NCBI GenBank assembly: GCA_963675665.1
Contig: OY776510.1
Span: 1,152,001 to 1,216,000, forward strand
DNA: 64,000 nucleotides
Source of the DNA: Spirochaetia bacterium
GTDB lineage: Bacteria; Spirochaetota; Spirochaetia; UBA9216
Reading direction: 5' to 3'
Shown: positions 1-9,730 of the stretch, in pieces
How positions within the stretch are numbered: the stretch's first letter is position 1
How the letters are laid out: every line of letters starts with the position of its first letter
Made by a program: the position numbers and the translations under genes
The notes under the pieces: model-generated
The model's database searches: none
The model's input: the letters and a program-made list of their open reading frames with translations, nothing else
Told to the model about the DNA's origin: nothing

Positions 1-994
1 GAAGAAGCAGCGAAATAAAAACAATTATTCCGGTGGTAATGACAGCCGGAACAGGGGTGCCGGTTTTTTTACTGATTTTTCCTATTCTTTTCGGCAGAAG
101 GTTGTCCGCGCTCAGCGCAAGAGGATACCTGGATGCAGCCATAATTCCGGCGTTTGCTGTTGTAAAAAAGGCGAGAGTTGATGCTATAAGGATCATTATG
201 TAGCCGGCCGGTCCAAGCGTTACCCTGGCGGAATCCGCTACCGGCGTCATTGAGTCCCTGAAAGTTTCAGGACTCAGTGTTCCTGTAATAATAAATGTAA
301 TCAAAGTATATATGACGGTAACTGCCACGATGGAAAGAATCATTCCCAGCGGGAGGTTTCTTTTCGGGTTTGAAACCTCTTCGGAAATATTGGCCACTTT
401 CAGCAGTCCTCCGAAAGAGATAAAGATAAAGCCGGCAGTAATCAGTATATTGTTGATTTTTACCGACCTGAAACCGCTGAAATGTGACATATCCACACTG
501 GAGAAACCTGTGACTATATAAACAGCCATAAGTGAAAGCAGCATTATAACCATGCCCGTCTGGAAAATTGCCGCTTCCTTTACACCGACAATATTAAGCA
601 TTACAAAAAGCACACATAAAACCGAACCGCTGATAAGGGGAGAAATGCCGGTATACAGGTATATTATTTCGGAGATACCGTAAATGGCAAAGGCGCTTTT
701 CAGCGAAAGGGCAACCAGGCCCAGAAACCCGGAAACGGATCCGAGCAGGGGCCCGAATGTTTTATTTATAAAGTAGAAATCGCCGCCGGCTTTGGGCATT
801 GCCGTTGCAAGCTCAATCATGCTGAGGACCCCCATTATGCCCAGAAGGCCTGCTATAAAATATGAAACAAAGACTGCAGGGCCGACTCTCGCAAAGGCCA
901 TTCCCGGAAGGATGAAAATACCGGAACTGATCATAGCCCCTGTGGCTATGCTGAATACCCCGAACGCATTTATGTCTTTTTTCAGATTAGCCAT
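1..994 (-). CDS. APC-family amino acid permease (partial, runs off left edge)
   Basis: Manual translation from ATG at 994 (SD AAGGAGG): MANLKKDINAFGVFSIATGAMISSGIFILPG, the APC TM1 motif; hydrophobic throughout, with 'AEEVSNPKRNLP'. Absent from the ORF track because there is no stop in the window. Confidence 0.85.
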   Translation of the reverse strand, partial: MANLKKDINAFGVFSIATGAMISSGIFILPGMAFARVGPAVFVSYFIAGLLGIMGVLSMIELATAMPKAGGDFYFINKTFGPLLGSVSGFLGLVALSLKSAFAIYGISEIIYLYTGISPLISGSVLCVLFVMLNIVGVKEAAIFQTGMVIMLLSLMAVYIVTGFSSVDMSHFSGFRSVKINNILITAGFIFISFGGLLKVANISEEVSNPKRNLPLGMILSIVAVTVIYTLITFIITGTLSPETFRDSMTPVADSARVTLGPAGYIMILIASTLAFFTTANAGIMAASRYPLALSADNLLPKRIGKISKKTGTPVPAVITTGIIVFISLLL

Positions 995-1062
995 GGCTTC
1001 CTCCTTTCAAGAATATACTATTATTGGCGGAGAAATTATAACATAATTATTGTTTTAGATAT

Positions 1063-1094
1063 AAAAAAGGGTTTCGACTTTCCGTCAAAACCCT
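1063..1094 (-). terminator. Intrinsic terminator downstream of the psp operon
   Basis: Minus strand AGGGTTTTGAC-GGAAA-GTCGAAACCC followed by TTTTTT. Confidence 0.7.
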
Positions 1095-1260
1095 CGAATG
1101 TTCTATATTGTGAAGTTTTTCCTTCAGGTAAAACTTTAAATTGAAAACGCGGGAACAGTTTCCGATGTTGTAATATTTCCCGATATCGGTTTTTTCTATG
1201 GAGTATTTCATCCGAAGGAAGAAATACTCCAAAAATAAATCCGTAAGCGCAGCGCCGGAT

Positions 1261-1617
1261 TTATTTACCGTTATGGAATCTTCGATCCCAGTCGTTTTCC
1301 TTGTCGCCGGTAGCCTCATCTTCCATTTTGTTTACCCTGTCTTTAAGATCATCAAACTGATCCTTGATATCATCCATTGTCGATCTTCGTGACTCACGCC
1401 TGTAACCTCCTCTGGGTTCAAGCGGGATGATAAACCCTGCCAGCAGATAAATTATTACACAGGGGGCCACTGCCGTAGCAAGGCAAATGATAATGAAGAT
1501 AAGCCTAACAACTGATACCGGCATATCCTTCCAGTCGGCTAAACCCTGGCAGATTCCCAGCAGCATGCCGTTTCTTGATCTGTATAATCTTCTGCTTGTG
1601 TATGTCATAACAGTCAT
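1261..1617 (-). CDS. pspC: Phage shock protein C
   Basis: N-terminal RRLYRSRNGMLLGICQGLA PspC motif, one TM region, C-terminal coiled coil; follows pspA/pspB. Confidence 0.9.
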   Translation of the reverse strand: MTVMTYTSRRLYRSRNGMLLGICQGLADWKDMPVSVVRLIFIIICLATAVAPCVIIYLLAGFIIPLEPRGGYRRESRRSTMDDIKDQFDDLKDRVNKMEDEATGDKENDWDRRFHNGK

Positions 1618-1626
1618 CGCTCCTTG

Positions 1627-1860
1627 TTATTTTTTCCAGTTCTTCAGAGTTTCAAGATTTTCGATTCTGCGGTTAAGGTCTTTTAACCCTCTCGATATCT
1701 CGTTAAGCTCTTCATTTTCATCCCGTTCGCGCCGCCGGCCCCGTTTTTTGTGACTGCCGCTGCCCGTAGTCATTCTGATTACAAGCAGAACGAATATGAA
1801 CGGCGCGGCAATTGCGAACAGGGTGATGATTAAACCGGTATTAATTATTGTCTCCAGCAT
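1627..1860 (-). CDS. pspB: Phage shock protein B-like membrane protein
   Basis: 77 aa, N-terminal TM helix, C-terminal LNRRIENLETL amphipathic motif; lies between pspA and pspC. Confidence 0.75.
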   Translation of the reverse strand: MLETIINTGLIITLFAIAAPFIFVLLVIRMTTGSGSHKKRGRRRERDENEELNEISRGLKDLNRRIENLETLKNWKK

Positions 1861-2536
1861 TGGTTGTCTTGTCCTTTCCCTGCTTCATGCTCTTTTTTAA
1901 AGAGGCAAGTTCATCTTCAATCTCTGATTCGTGCTCCATTCTGGTGAATTCATTCTCGCTCGGATTCGAATAGCCTGTGTATACCATTTCCGCATCGGCT
2001 TCCATACGCTCAATTCTGCCTTCCAGATCTTCGAATCTCATTGATGCATCAAGTCCGGAAGCATTTCTGATGGATTGCCTGGCACGCATCTTTTCATTTG
2101 CATGAATGCCTCTCTGTATAAGTATACGTCTTTTCTGTTTAACTGTCTCAAGTTTTTCCTCAAGCTGAAGTATATTGGCCCGGCTTTCTTCAATAAGGCT
2201 GTCGAACTGTACAAGGTCATTCTCAGTCAGTTCCAGCTGATTTGCCACTGCCTTTTTTTCAACCAGCGCTTCGCGGGCCAGATCGTCGCGGTTTTTTTCA
2301 ACGGCAAGTTTGGCTCTGCCGTCCCAGCGATCTGCCTTTTCTTTCAATACGTCCCGTTCCCGTTCTGTTTTTGCCCTGTCCGCCATTGATGCGGCACATG
2401 AGGATTTTAACTCAACGAGAGTATCTTCCATTTCCCGGATCATAAGATTTATCATCTTTTCAGGATCTTCCGCCTTGTCAAGCATTGAATTGATATTTGA
2501 GTTTACTATGTCCTTGAATCTTGTAAATACGCCCAT
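1841..2536 (-). CDS. pspA: Phage shock protein A (PspA/IM30)
   Basis: MGVFTRFKDIVNSNINSMLDKAEDPEKMI start, coiled coil, C-terminal EIEDELASLK. Confidence 0.97.
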   Translation of the reverse strand: MGVFTRFKDIVNSNINSMLDKAEDPEKMINLMIREMEDTLVELKSSCAASMADRAKTERERDVLKEKADRWDGRAKLAVEKNRDDLAREALVEKKAVANQLELTENDLVQFDSLIEESRANILQLEEKLETVKQKRRILIQRGIHANEKMRARQSIRNASGLDASMRFEDLEGRIERMEADAEMVYTGYSNPSENEFTRMEHESEIEDELASLKKSMKQGKDKTTNAGDNN

Positions 2537-2573
2537 ATTTTTCTCCTATTAAAATTTTCCGTACCTACATATA

Positions 2574-2590
2574 TGCATTAAACATACCAA
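2574..2590 (-). promoter_or_regulatory. sigma54 (-24/-12) promoter of pspABC
   Basis: Minus strand TTGGTATGTTTAATGCA, an exact GG-N10-GC, 37 nt upstream of the pspA ATG and opposite a sigma54 activator gene. Confidence 0.8.
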
Positions 2591-2684
2591 GTAGAGGAAA
2601 ATGTCACTTTTTTGGTCAATTCAGCCCGTTTTTTGGTTTTTTAGAGCCGATCCTGCAATTTTTGACGGTTCTATGATCTTTACG

Positions 2685-2772
2685 TGGTTAAAAAGACCAA
2701 TTAAAATGGTAAAATTTGCCATATATAAAAATAATACTGGTCAAAAAAACCATTATATGGTAAATTATACCT
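2685..2772. promoter_or_regulatory. Array of palindromic TGGT-N7-ACCA sites (putative PspF UAS and autorepression sites)
   Basis: TGGTTAAAAAGACCA 2685, TGGTAAAATTTGCCA 2707, TGGTCAAAAAAACCA 2738, TGGTAAATTATACCT 2758. Confidence 0.7.
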
Positions 2773-2774
2773 AA

Positions 2775-3788
2775 ATGAAATTTCCCGGATTCGTCGAACG
2801 CGAAGCTCTGGGAGAATCTGAAATTTTCCTTAATTTTCAGGCGGAACTCAGCCGGGTGGCTGGGATAAACAGATCTGTAATGATAATAGGTGAGAGAGGA
2901 ACCGGAAAGGAGCTGGCGGCCGCAAGACTGCATTATCTTTCCGGACGCTGGGAGGCCCCTTTCATCACACTTAACTGCGCAGCTCTGCCCCCGACATTGA
3001 TTGAAACAGAATTATTCGGACACAGTACGGGAGCTTTTACCGGAGCGGGTAAAGCCAGAAAAGGAAGATTTGAAGAAGCCGACGGGGGGACCCTGTTTCT
3101 TGATGAAATGGGGTTAATCCCTCTGGAGGTTCAGGAAAAGATTCTCAGGGTTGTCGAATACGGCAGTTTTGAGCGTGTGGGCAGTTCAGAGACTATCGAA
3201 GTTGATGTCCGCATTGTCGCTGCCACAAACCAGAACATGCCCGAGCTTTGCGAACAGAATAAATTTAAACGGGATTTACTCGATCGGCTCTCTTTTGAAG
3301 TCCTGTTTCTTCCGCCCCTCAGAGAGCGCGGCACCGATAAACTGCTGCTGGCCGAACATTTTGCAGTACGTATGTCCAATGAACTGGGCAAAGCGGGCGC
3401 ACCGGTTTTTTCCGATAATGTTAAGCTTTTAATTGAGACTTACTCCTGGCCGGGAAACATTCGGGAACTGAAAAATGTGATAGAACGGGCTGTTTATAAA
3501 TGCAGCAGTAAAACACTTGAAGATTTGACCATTGACCCGTTTAAAAATCCGTATAAAACACCTGAATGTAAACCCGAAGAACCAGCCGCTGCAGAATTTA
3601 TCGAAAAAACAGTTTCTCCTTTGCCGAAACTAAATGATTTCCGTAGAAACATTCATGAAATTGAGTTAAGTTATCTTAGGCGGGCCCTTGAAGAAAGCAG
3701 CAATAACCAGAAGCTTGCTGCCGAGATGTTATCTCTGACATATGATCAGTTTCGCGGGCTTTACAGAAAATACCGGGAGGAACTATGA
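2775..3788 (+). CDS. pspF: sigma54-dependent psp operon activator
   Basis: AAA+ Walker A GERGTGKE, GAFTGA, FLDE, WPGNIREL, C-terminal Fis-type HTH; no N-terminal sensor domain; divergent from pspA. Confidence 0.95.
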   Translation: MKFPGFVEREALGESEIFLNFQAELSRVAGINRSVMIIGERGTGKELAAARLHYLSGRWEAPFITLNCAALPPTLIETELFGHSTGAFTGAGKARKGRFEEADGGTLFLDEMGLIPLEVQEKILRVVEYGSFERVGSSETIEVDVRIVAATNQNMPELCEQNKFKRDLLDRLSFEVLFLPPLRERGTDKLLLAEHFAVRMSNELGKAGAPVFSDNVKLLIETYSWPGNIRELKNVIERAVYKCSSKTLEDLTIDPFKNPYKTPECKPEEPAAAEFIEKTVSPLPKLNDFRRNIHEIELSYLRRALEESSNNQKLAAEMLSLTYDQFRGLYRKYREEL

Positions 3789-4342
3789 GACTTGTAACAG
3801 ACGATTGCATACTTGTTAATATAGATTTTCAGGAAAAACTGCTTCCGCATATGATGAACAACAACGCTCTTGTGGAGAAAGTTATCAAGCTTATAAAAGG
3901 ACTGACGGCGCTTGAGGTACCGATGCTTACCACACAGCAGTATACAAAAGGGCTTGGGTATACGGATCAGAGGATTTCCGAAGCCCTGGGTTATAAAAAC
4001 CCGGAAGAATTACCCTTTATTGAAAAATCATCTTTCAGCGCAATGGATTGTCAGGAATTCCGGGACAGGCTTGATTCATCGGGTCGCAGAAATGTTATAA
4101 TCACAGGGATTGAGGGGCATGTCTGTGTTACCCAGACAATAGTTGATCTAAAGGCGGCAGGTTATAATCCTGTACCTGTTTATGACTGTATCTCATCCAG
4201 GAAGAAAGAAGATTATAAAAACGGAATCAGGCGCTGGGAACATGAAAATGCGCTTCCTGCCTGTTTTGAGACGGTTCTTTTTGAACTTTGCAGATATTCA
4301 GGTTCTTCCGTTTTTAAGGAAATTTCTGTATTAGTTAAATAG
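3785..4342 (+). CDS. Isochorismatase-family hydrolase
   Basis: IDFQEKL, TQQY..GLG, EKSSFS and GIEGHVCVTQT catalytic Cys motif; ATGA overlap with pspF. Confidence 0.9.
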   Translation: MRLVTDDCILVNIDFQEKLLPHMMNNNALVEKVIKLIKGLTALEVPMLTTQQYTKGLGYTDQRISEALGYKNPEELPFIEKSSFSAMDCQEFRDRLDSSGRRNVIITGIEGHVCVTQTIVDLKAAGYNPVPVYDCISSRKKEDYKNGIRRWEHENALPACFETVLFELCRYSGSSVFKEISVLVK

Positions 4343-4406
4343 AGCAGCCGCGGCAACACTGTTTGATTTTAACAATCTCAATAACTATACTTATAAAAGG
4401 CGGCTT

Positions 4407-5033
4407 ATGTACAGAATACTATGTTACGGAGATTCAAATACCTGGGGTTTCAATCCGGTAAGCGGATTAAGATTTACCGAGAAGGAACGCTGGCCTGGGG
4501 TTTTGAGAATTACACTTGGAGACGGCTTTGAGGTTCTTGAAGATGGACAGAACGGCAGGCGGATAATGGGAAGCCTTGACTTGTTTGAATCTTCTGTCCG
4601 GGAGAACGAACCTCTTGATGTAGTGATTATATTCCTGGGGATAAATGATCTTCTTTTTGAAAAAGAAACTAAAACAGGGGATCTGCTGAACGGAATCAGG
4701 GAAATGGTTTTACGACTTCGTGATAATTTCAGGGATCTTCACGGAGTTCTTCCGGAGGTAATTCTGATAGCGGCGGTTCCCATTAACTCTTCCCAGGTTG
4801 TTGACGGGCTATATGAACTGGAAGCTGAAAAGGTTTTACGTTTCAGCGAGGGTCTGAGGCAGCTTGCCGACACTGAAGGATGCGGTTTTATAGATTCCGG
4901 TAGAATTATCAGGAGTTCGGAACACGACGGTGTGCATCTGGATGCAAGCGAACACAACAGGCTCGGATTATTTATTGCCGATTATATGAGAACTTTTCTG
5001 ACCAACGGGAACCTGAACAACAGGAGCCGCTGA
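4407..5033 (+). CDS. SGNH/GDSL hydrolase
   Basis: ILCYGDSNTWG, GQNGR, LGIND and DGVH blocks. Confidence 0.9.
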   Translation: MYRILCYGDSNTWGFNPVSGLRFTEKERWPGVLRITLGDGFEVLEDGQNGRRIMGSLDLFESSVRENEPLDVVIIFLGINDLLFEKETKTGDLLNGIREMVLRLRDNFRDLHGVLPEVILIAAVPINSSQVVDGLYELEAEKVLRFSEGLRQLADTEGCGFIDSGRIIRSSEHDGVHLDASEHNRLGLFIADYMRTFLTNGNLNNRSR

Positions 5034-5045
5034 TATTTAAAACTC

Positions 5046-5969
5046 TTATTTATCAGCTGTTTTTCTTCCGACTTTCAAGAGGACCTTTTTAAAGTCTCTT
5101 GTAAATTCACTAAGCTGTTTTCGGAAGATCCTGATATTTTCTGTTTCTTCCCGGTTCACAGTTCCCCAGGTTTTTATAGCGGCCATCTGCTCTTTATATC
5201 TGGTTTCAATTCTGATAAGGCCCCGTTCAATTCGATCAAGTGTTTTAAGAGTTTCTTTCCCTTTATCGTATCCGCCGAAATCATAGGATACTATATCGTT
5301 GCCGTATCTGATTTCTCCTTTAAACGTTCTGTAAACATTCAGACCTATGCCTTTTATCATATAGGAAAGCCTGCCTTCTTTTTCAAAACGTCGCACGCTA
5401 ACCTGAATAAATGTAGTATTAAGATAACGAAGCGGTCTGAATTCCGAAGCCCGTTTGACGAGATCATTATCTTCGGCAACCTTGATTGTTTCATCAAAAC
5501 CGCCTATTCGGTTAAAAAGCCGGCGGGTAATGAAAATACAAAACCCGAACGCTTTCGGATCAACTCTCAGATTTGCAAGTATTGTCATGTTTATTAACTT
5601 GTGAATAATACGGTCCAGCTGGATATCGGAAAGAGGTTTGATCGCACAGGTTGCAACGTCGATATATCTCTCCTGCATTTCATTATACAGATTTTTAAGA
5701 AAATGTTTCGGCAGAATGACATCTGCATCAAGAAAGACGAGGATTTCCCCGGTTGCAGCCCTGGCGCCGTTGTTGCGGCCTGTTCCCGGCATCCCCCCCC
5801 TGACAATTCCGGCGCCGTATTCAGCAGCAATCTCCCTTGTTTTGTCGGTTGATTCGGCATCTGCGACTATAACCTCATATCCATCGAAATCCTGCTTTTT
5901 TATACTCTTAAGCAATTCAGGCAGAAGCTTTTCTTCGTTCTTTGTCGGAATTATAATACTAATCTTCAT
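5046..5969 (-). CDS. Glycosyltransferase family 2
   Basis: ISIIIPTKNEE, DAESTD, FLDAD, GGFDE and AED motifs; charged C-terminal extension. Confidence 0.9.
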   Translation of the reverse strand: MKISIIIPTKNEEKLLPELLKSIKKQDFDGYEVIVADAESTDKTREIAAEYGAGIVRGGMPGTGRNNGARAATGEILVFLDADVILPKHFLKNLYNEMQERYIDVATCAIKPLSDIQLDRIIHKLINMTILANLRVDPKAFGFCIFITRRLFNRIGGFDETIKVAEDNDLVKRASEFRPLRYLNTTFIQVSVRRFEKEGRLSYMIKGIGLNVYRTFKGEIRYGNDIVSYDFGGYDKGKETLKTLDRIERGLIRIETRYKEQMAAIKTWGTVNREETENIRIFRKQLSEFTRDFKKVLLKVGRKTADK

Positions 5970-5988
5970 ACCGGGTATTATATTCTTC

Positions 5989-7629
5989 TTATAAGCTTAT
6001 CTCAATATATCTCCTGTCTGAATATCGAAACAGTTTCGGAAGCAGGATAAAATCGATTATTGCAGCCGTAGCCGCAGCGGCAAACCCCGACAGCAGGATA
6101 TTACCGCTGATAAAATAAAGTCCGGCGGAAGGAAGCATTACGCCGGCAAGCGTTAATATTCCGAAGCCCATTCCGGTAAGCACGTTCATATTCTGTTTCA
6201 TTGCTTGCTGGGGATGCGTCCAGTTCAGAACAGGGCGAGACAGGTCGATATGAATTCCGGTAATAAAACCCAGCAGGATAACTGCAGGACCGGCCGGAAC
6301 AAGGTAAAACAGGTTAATCGCCGGAATATCCAGAATCAGCATCAATATTACCAGGTTAAGAAACCACGATGAAACAAACAGGATTAAATGAAAATACATT
6401 TTAGCCCGTATTTGCATGCTTCCGTTGATCGGAAGGTTTTTGCTGACGGTAAAGCTGGTTCCTTCGCGGGAAATCGAGGTGCACGATATTGAGTTAATCG
6501 AGCTCATCAATATCAGCAATCCGAGAATTGCAAGCGGCAGGAACGTAACAGAACCGGTGAATTCATTTATTACGTCAAGCATCTCGCCGGGGACTGAAAA
6601 ATAGAATACGGTGAGCATTATGGGAAGAATAACGACTTCTCCGGCAATTTCGATCAAAAATGCGGAATTGCTTCTGAGCACAGCAAGTTCCCTTCGAAGA
6701 AGCGCCCCGGTACGACTGCGTCCGGCAGCCGGGATTAGCCCGGAGTCAGTTTTTTTTCTTTTCCTGGAAGGCTGTTTCTCCGTAGTTGAGCTGAAGTCGA
6801 TTTTAATTCTCTTCAGTAAAAAAAATGCAATCAACACAGTGGACGCCGAAAAGACGACTGCAGGCAGAACCCATACTGCATGGCTGGCGGCGAATCCGAA
6901 GGCAAACCAGGATGAAGCAAAGAATATCTTTTCAAGAATGCCGGTGTACCTGGTCAGTACTGAGGCAACTGCGGAAAAATCACCCCCTGTTATCATCGCG
7001 CGGGTGAACGAAAGCTGCAGCAGGGCGGCAATAATTAATGCTCCCAGCATTCCCGCCATTTCAAAAAAAGTACGCCGCCCGCTTATTTTTCCTATCACTG
7101 CAAGAAGAGAAGCTGCAAGCAGCGCAAGTACTGTCGGGAATAAAGGAGCAAAAAGGCATGTCAGGATCAGGCTGATCCATGCTGAAGGACTGCCTGCCGC
7201 CGGAATATAGACAACCGCCGCCGGGATTGTAATTGCAAGATGGACGGGAAGAACAAACAAGTAAACCAGAAAAACCCTTGAAAAGATTATATCGGCCGTC
7301 GAAACCGGCAGGGAAGCGACAAGGATATTATCTTTCGAATAAAATATGTTTGAAAGGCACAATGGTGTTCCGATAAAAAAAACCAGAAGGCCGCTGATAA
7401 TTCCGGAAAACAGAAATACTATTTCCGGTCTTCCCATATTAATCCCGATTGAGAACAGTCCCTGGTAGTTCATGTAAAGCATGAATAAAAAGAACCCGGC
7501 GGCTGCAATTATACCGACGCCTGCAACCGGTAATATCCAGAGCCGGTCCCGCTCATAGAGATCTTTCAGGTAGGCTTTAGTAAGAATCGACGATTTTAGT
7601 CTGGCTTTAAGAAGGGTAAATGCTTTCAT
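5989..7629 (-). CDS. ABC-2-type exporter permease
   Basis: 546-aa multi-TM protein with SISREG and LNWTHPQQAMKQN motifs; overlaps the ABC ATPase stop. Confidence 0.85.
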   Translation of the reverse strand: MKAFTLLKARLKSSILTKAYLKDLYERDRLWILPVAGVGIIAAAGFFLFMLYMNYQGLFSIGINMGRPEIVFLFSGIISGLLVFFIGTPLCLSNIFYSKDNILVASLPVSTADIIFSRVFLVYLFVLPVHLAITIPAAVVYIPAAGSPSAWISLILTCLFAPLFPTVLALLAASLLAVIGKISGRRTFFEMAGMLGALIIAALLQLSFTRAMITGGDFSAVASVLTRYTGILEKIFFASSWFAFGFAASHAVWVLPAVVFSASTVLIAFFLLKRIKIDFSSTTEKQPSRKRKKTDSGLIPAAGRSRTGALLRRELAVLRSNSAFLIEIAGEVVILPIMLTVFYFSVPGEMLDVINEFTGSVTFLPLAILGLLILMSSINSISCTSISREGTSFTVSKNLPINGSMQIRAKMYFHLILFVSSWFLNLVILMLILDIPAINLFYLVPAGPAVILLGFITGIHIDLSRPVLNWTHPQQAMKQNMNVLTGMGFGILTLAGVMLPSAGLYFISGNILLSGFAAAATAAIIDFILLPKLFRYSDRRYIEISL

Positions 7630-8375
7630 TTATTTGCTCCCGATGTGAGTTCAAGAAACAGTTTCTCAAGAGAGTTGTCTTCGTCGGATCCGTTTTTAGA
7701 ACGGTTTGCTTCTCTGATGTTTTCCAGCCGGCCGCATGCTATTATGTTTCCGCGGTTGATTATTGCCACCTCATCACAGATCTTTTCCGCAACTTCCATA
7801 ACATGGGTGGAAAAGAAGACAGTTTTCCCTTCGTCGCAGAGCAGGCGCATTCTTTTTTTAAGGGCAAACGCCGACTGCGGATCAAGTCCGGACATCGGTT
7901 CGTCCAAAATGAAAATTTCCGGCCGGTGCATCAGCGCGACCGTGATTGAGAGTTTCTGCTTCATCCCGTGGCTGTATGAGGAAATTGAATCGGCAAGTTT
8001 GTCCGCTATACCGAAATCCGCGGCGAGTTTTTCGGCAAAATTTCTGGTTGCATTGTCCGCTTCATAAATATCGGCTATAAAACCGATAAATTCGCCGCCG
8101 CTCATCTTTTCATAGAATACCGGTTCGTCGGGAACGTATCCTGTAATCCGTTTGGCCTGTACGGGATTCTTTATCATATCAATGCCGCACATCTCTATTC
8201 TGCCTTCATCCGGAGGAAGGATTCCTGTCAGCATTTTTATTGTTGTTGATTTTCCTGCGCCGTTCGGCCCGAGAAAACCGAAAATCTTACCCGGTTCAAC
8301 AGTAAGCGTCAGATTATCAACCGCTTTGATCTTGTTGTCCCTGTAGGTTTTTGAAACACCGTTGATATATATCAT
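7626..8375 (-). CDS. ABC transporter ATP-binding protein
   Basis: GPNGAGKST, YSHGMKQK, ILDEP, STH. Confidence 0.95.
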   Translation of the reverse strand: MIYINGVSKTYRDNKIKAVDNLTLTVEPGKIFGFLGPNGAGKSTTIKMLTGILPPDEGRIEMCGIDMIKNPVQAKRITGYVPDEPVFYEKMSGGEFIGFIADIYEADNATRNFAEKLAADFGIADKLADSISSYSHGMKQKLSITVALMHRPEIFILDEPMSGLDPQSAFALKKRMRLLCDEGKTVFFSTHVMEVAEKICDEVAIINRGNIIACGRLENIREANRSKNGSDEDNSLEKLFLELTSGANK

Positions 8376-8497
8376 TTATTTTCTCCTGTCTGATGACTAC
8401 AAATACACTCAGGAAAGTTTTTTATTCACAGCCCGACGGAAAAAAGGTATAATTTGCGCGGTTTGAAGAAGAACCGCATTTAACAAAGGAGCAATAC

Positions 8498-9730
8498 TTG
8501 AAATTTCTGCATACATCGGACTGGCATCTCGGGGCAAAACTTGGAGAATATTCCAGGATGGATGAACAGAGGGCAGTTTTAAAGGAAATACGGGAAACTG
8601 CAGCAGCGGAAGAAACTGATTTTATAATTATTGCGGGGGATGTTTTTGATAATTTTAATCCTTCGAACGAAGCTGTTGAGCTTCTGTACCGTGAATTAAA
8701 AAAAATGGCGGACGGAGGCAACCGACCGGTTATAGTAATTGCCGGAAATCACGACTCTCCCGACAGAATCGAAGCTCCTGATCCGCTTGCAGCCGAATGC
8801 GGAATTTTTTTTATCGGCTACCCGGACTTTACCCGCAGCGAAATCGTTCTTGAGAATAACCTTCGTGTATGTTTTCCGGAAAAAGGTCTTGTAACAATAG
8901 ATTTCCGTGGAAAACCCCAGATCAGAATTCTGATAACACCCTATGCCAACGAAAACAGGTTGAAAAAGTATCTGGATGAAGGCAACAGGGAGGAGCTTCT
9001 TTCGGAACTGCTCGCCGGAAACTGGAAACGGCTTGCCGATACCTATTGTGATGAAAACGGCATTAATATTCTGACGGCACACCTGTTTATGGCTGATTCT
9101 TCAACGGCTTTGCCGTCCGAACCCGATGAGGAGCGGAGTATCCTGCATCCGGGCGGGCTTGAACTGATAAGCGCGGATCTGGTTCCGGGAGCAATTCAGT
9201 ATACGGCGCTGGGGCATCTTCATCGTCCGCAGACTGTAAAAAAGGGCGATTCTCCCGCAGTGTACGCAGGCAGCCCGATTGCATTCGGATTGAGCGAGGA
9301 GAACCAGCAGAAATCCGTAGTGATTGTTGAAGCCGGACCCGGCGAGCCTGCAGAATACAGGTTTGTACCTCTTTGCAGCGGAAGGAAGATCCTGCGTAAA
9401 AGGTTCGGCGTTATCGATGAGGCCACGGCCTGGCTTGACAAGAATCCCGGTTGCTATGTGGAGCTTCAGATTGAATGTGATAAATACATCAGCGCTGCTG
9501 ATCGGAAAAGGCTCTATCAGGCTCACGACGGAATAACAGCTGTTATACCGATAAGCCGGGCCGATTTACGTCAAAACCAGGACGGAACCGAAGGATCCAA
9601 TATTCCTGATCTGAGCGAATCAATGGAAAAGCTTTTTAAATCATATTTTGAGTATGCGAAGGGGGTTTCTCCCGATGAGCAGATTATGGAACTTTTCAGG
9701 GAGTTGACTGCTGCCGGGGGCGAAGAATGA
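8498..9730 (+). CDS. sbcD: Exonuclease SbcCD subunit D (Mre11-like)
   Basis: HTSDWHLG, AGDVFD, GNHDS, ALGHLHRPQ; TTG start with AAGGAG. Confidence 0.95.
   Translation: MKFLHTSDWHLGAKLGEYSRMDEQRAVLKEIRETAAAEETDFIIIAGDVFDNFNPSNEAVELLYRELKKMADGGNRPVIVIAGNHDSPDRIEAPDPLAAECGIFFIGYPDFTRSEIVLENNLRVCFPEKGLVTIDFRGKPQIRILITPYANENRLKKYLDEGNREELLSELLAGNWKRLADTYCDENGINILTAHLFMADSSTALPSEPDEERSILHPGGLELISADLVPGAIQYTALGHLHRPQTVKKGDSPAVYAGSPIAFGLSEENQQKSVVIVEAGPGEPAEYRFVPLCSGRKILRKRFGVIDEATAWLDKNPGCYVELQIECDKYISAADRKRLYQAHDGITAVIPISRADLRQNQDGTEGSNIPDLSESMEKLFKSYFEYAKGVSPDEQIMELFRELTAAGGEE

Noticed and set aside
995-1260. Amino-acid or cyclic-dinucleotide riboswitch or T-box ahead of the APC permease
   Set aside because: No recognisable aptamer or T-box consensus; the permease seems to have its own promoter downstream of the terminator.
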